From Ascidiella aspersa (lineage: Eukaryota), in NCBI GenBank assembly GCA_963924565.1, contig OZ004607.1, forward strand, positions 29,202,001 to 29,266,000: a stretch of DNA of 64,000 bases. The letters run 5' to 3'. The notes beneath the pieces were generated by a model. The model made no database searches. It was not told the DNA's origin and worked only from the letters and a program-made list of their open reading frames with translations. The first letter of the stretch is position 1. Each line of letters begins with the position of its first letter. Below are positions 63,647 to 64,000 of this stretch, one piece after another. A program made the position numbers and the translations under genes.

Positions 63647-64000
63647 CAGATAGATCGTCTTCAACTGTGCTCTTACAAGGTAAACCGGGTCAAATGTGTT
63701 TAGCAAACTGTTTAGAACGGTTTTATCCTGCATCTTGTTTTTACGCAATATTTTTAGTTGTTTTTTTCGGAAAATACAATTAGACCTAAAACAAAGGAGA
63801 AATATCTAAAGCAAACCACAGTATTAAGACCCACGCCATAATGCAATCAAATACTCTGTAATATCAACCAAGAATAATTAGTAAACTCGTCGGAAACGGA
63901 TAAAGTCCCAATTCCATCGCAATAAGTTCACATGGCGTAAATAGTTTCTTAAACCGCATTGAAAAGGTTATGTGACGATTGGGCTTCGTCGTCCTGGCTT

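Overview
AT-rich, intron-containing animal genomic DNA; probably an invertebrate chordate such as an ascidian (inference from gene structure and MITE content, not proven). Three genes lie on the + strand. (1) Aftiphilin, 8 coding exons, 4934-13134, ~807 aa. (2) An uncharacterised secretory-pathway protein with two tandem 2OG-Fe(II) oxygenase folds, 11 exons, 17639-26002, ~565 aa; the first domain is degenerate and the second has HxD...H...R. (3) ERMARD/C6orf70, 10 exons, 54195-63646, ~637 aa). A head-to-tail tandem duplication (copy 1 5057-27734, copy 2 27735-54152) breaks inside aftiphilin exon 1 and just upstream of the ERMARD ATG. It yields a second intact, locally diverged oxygenase gene (40317-50053) and a disabled aftiphilin copy. 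That copy now sits behind a duplicate of the ERMARD upstream region, with a copy-specific in-frame ATG giving a 361-aa chimeric ORF. Copy 2 also carries a solo LTR and a 2.16-kb non-coding LTR element whose two LTRs match only over their first 147 bp. Many hAT-type MITEs with 8-bp TSDs fill introns and intergenic DNA. All exon models and counts were derived by eye.
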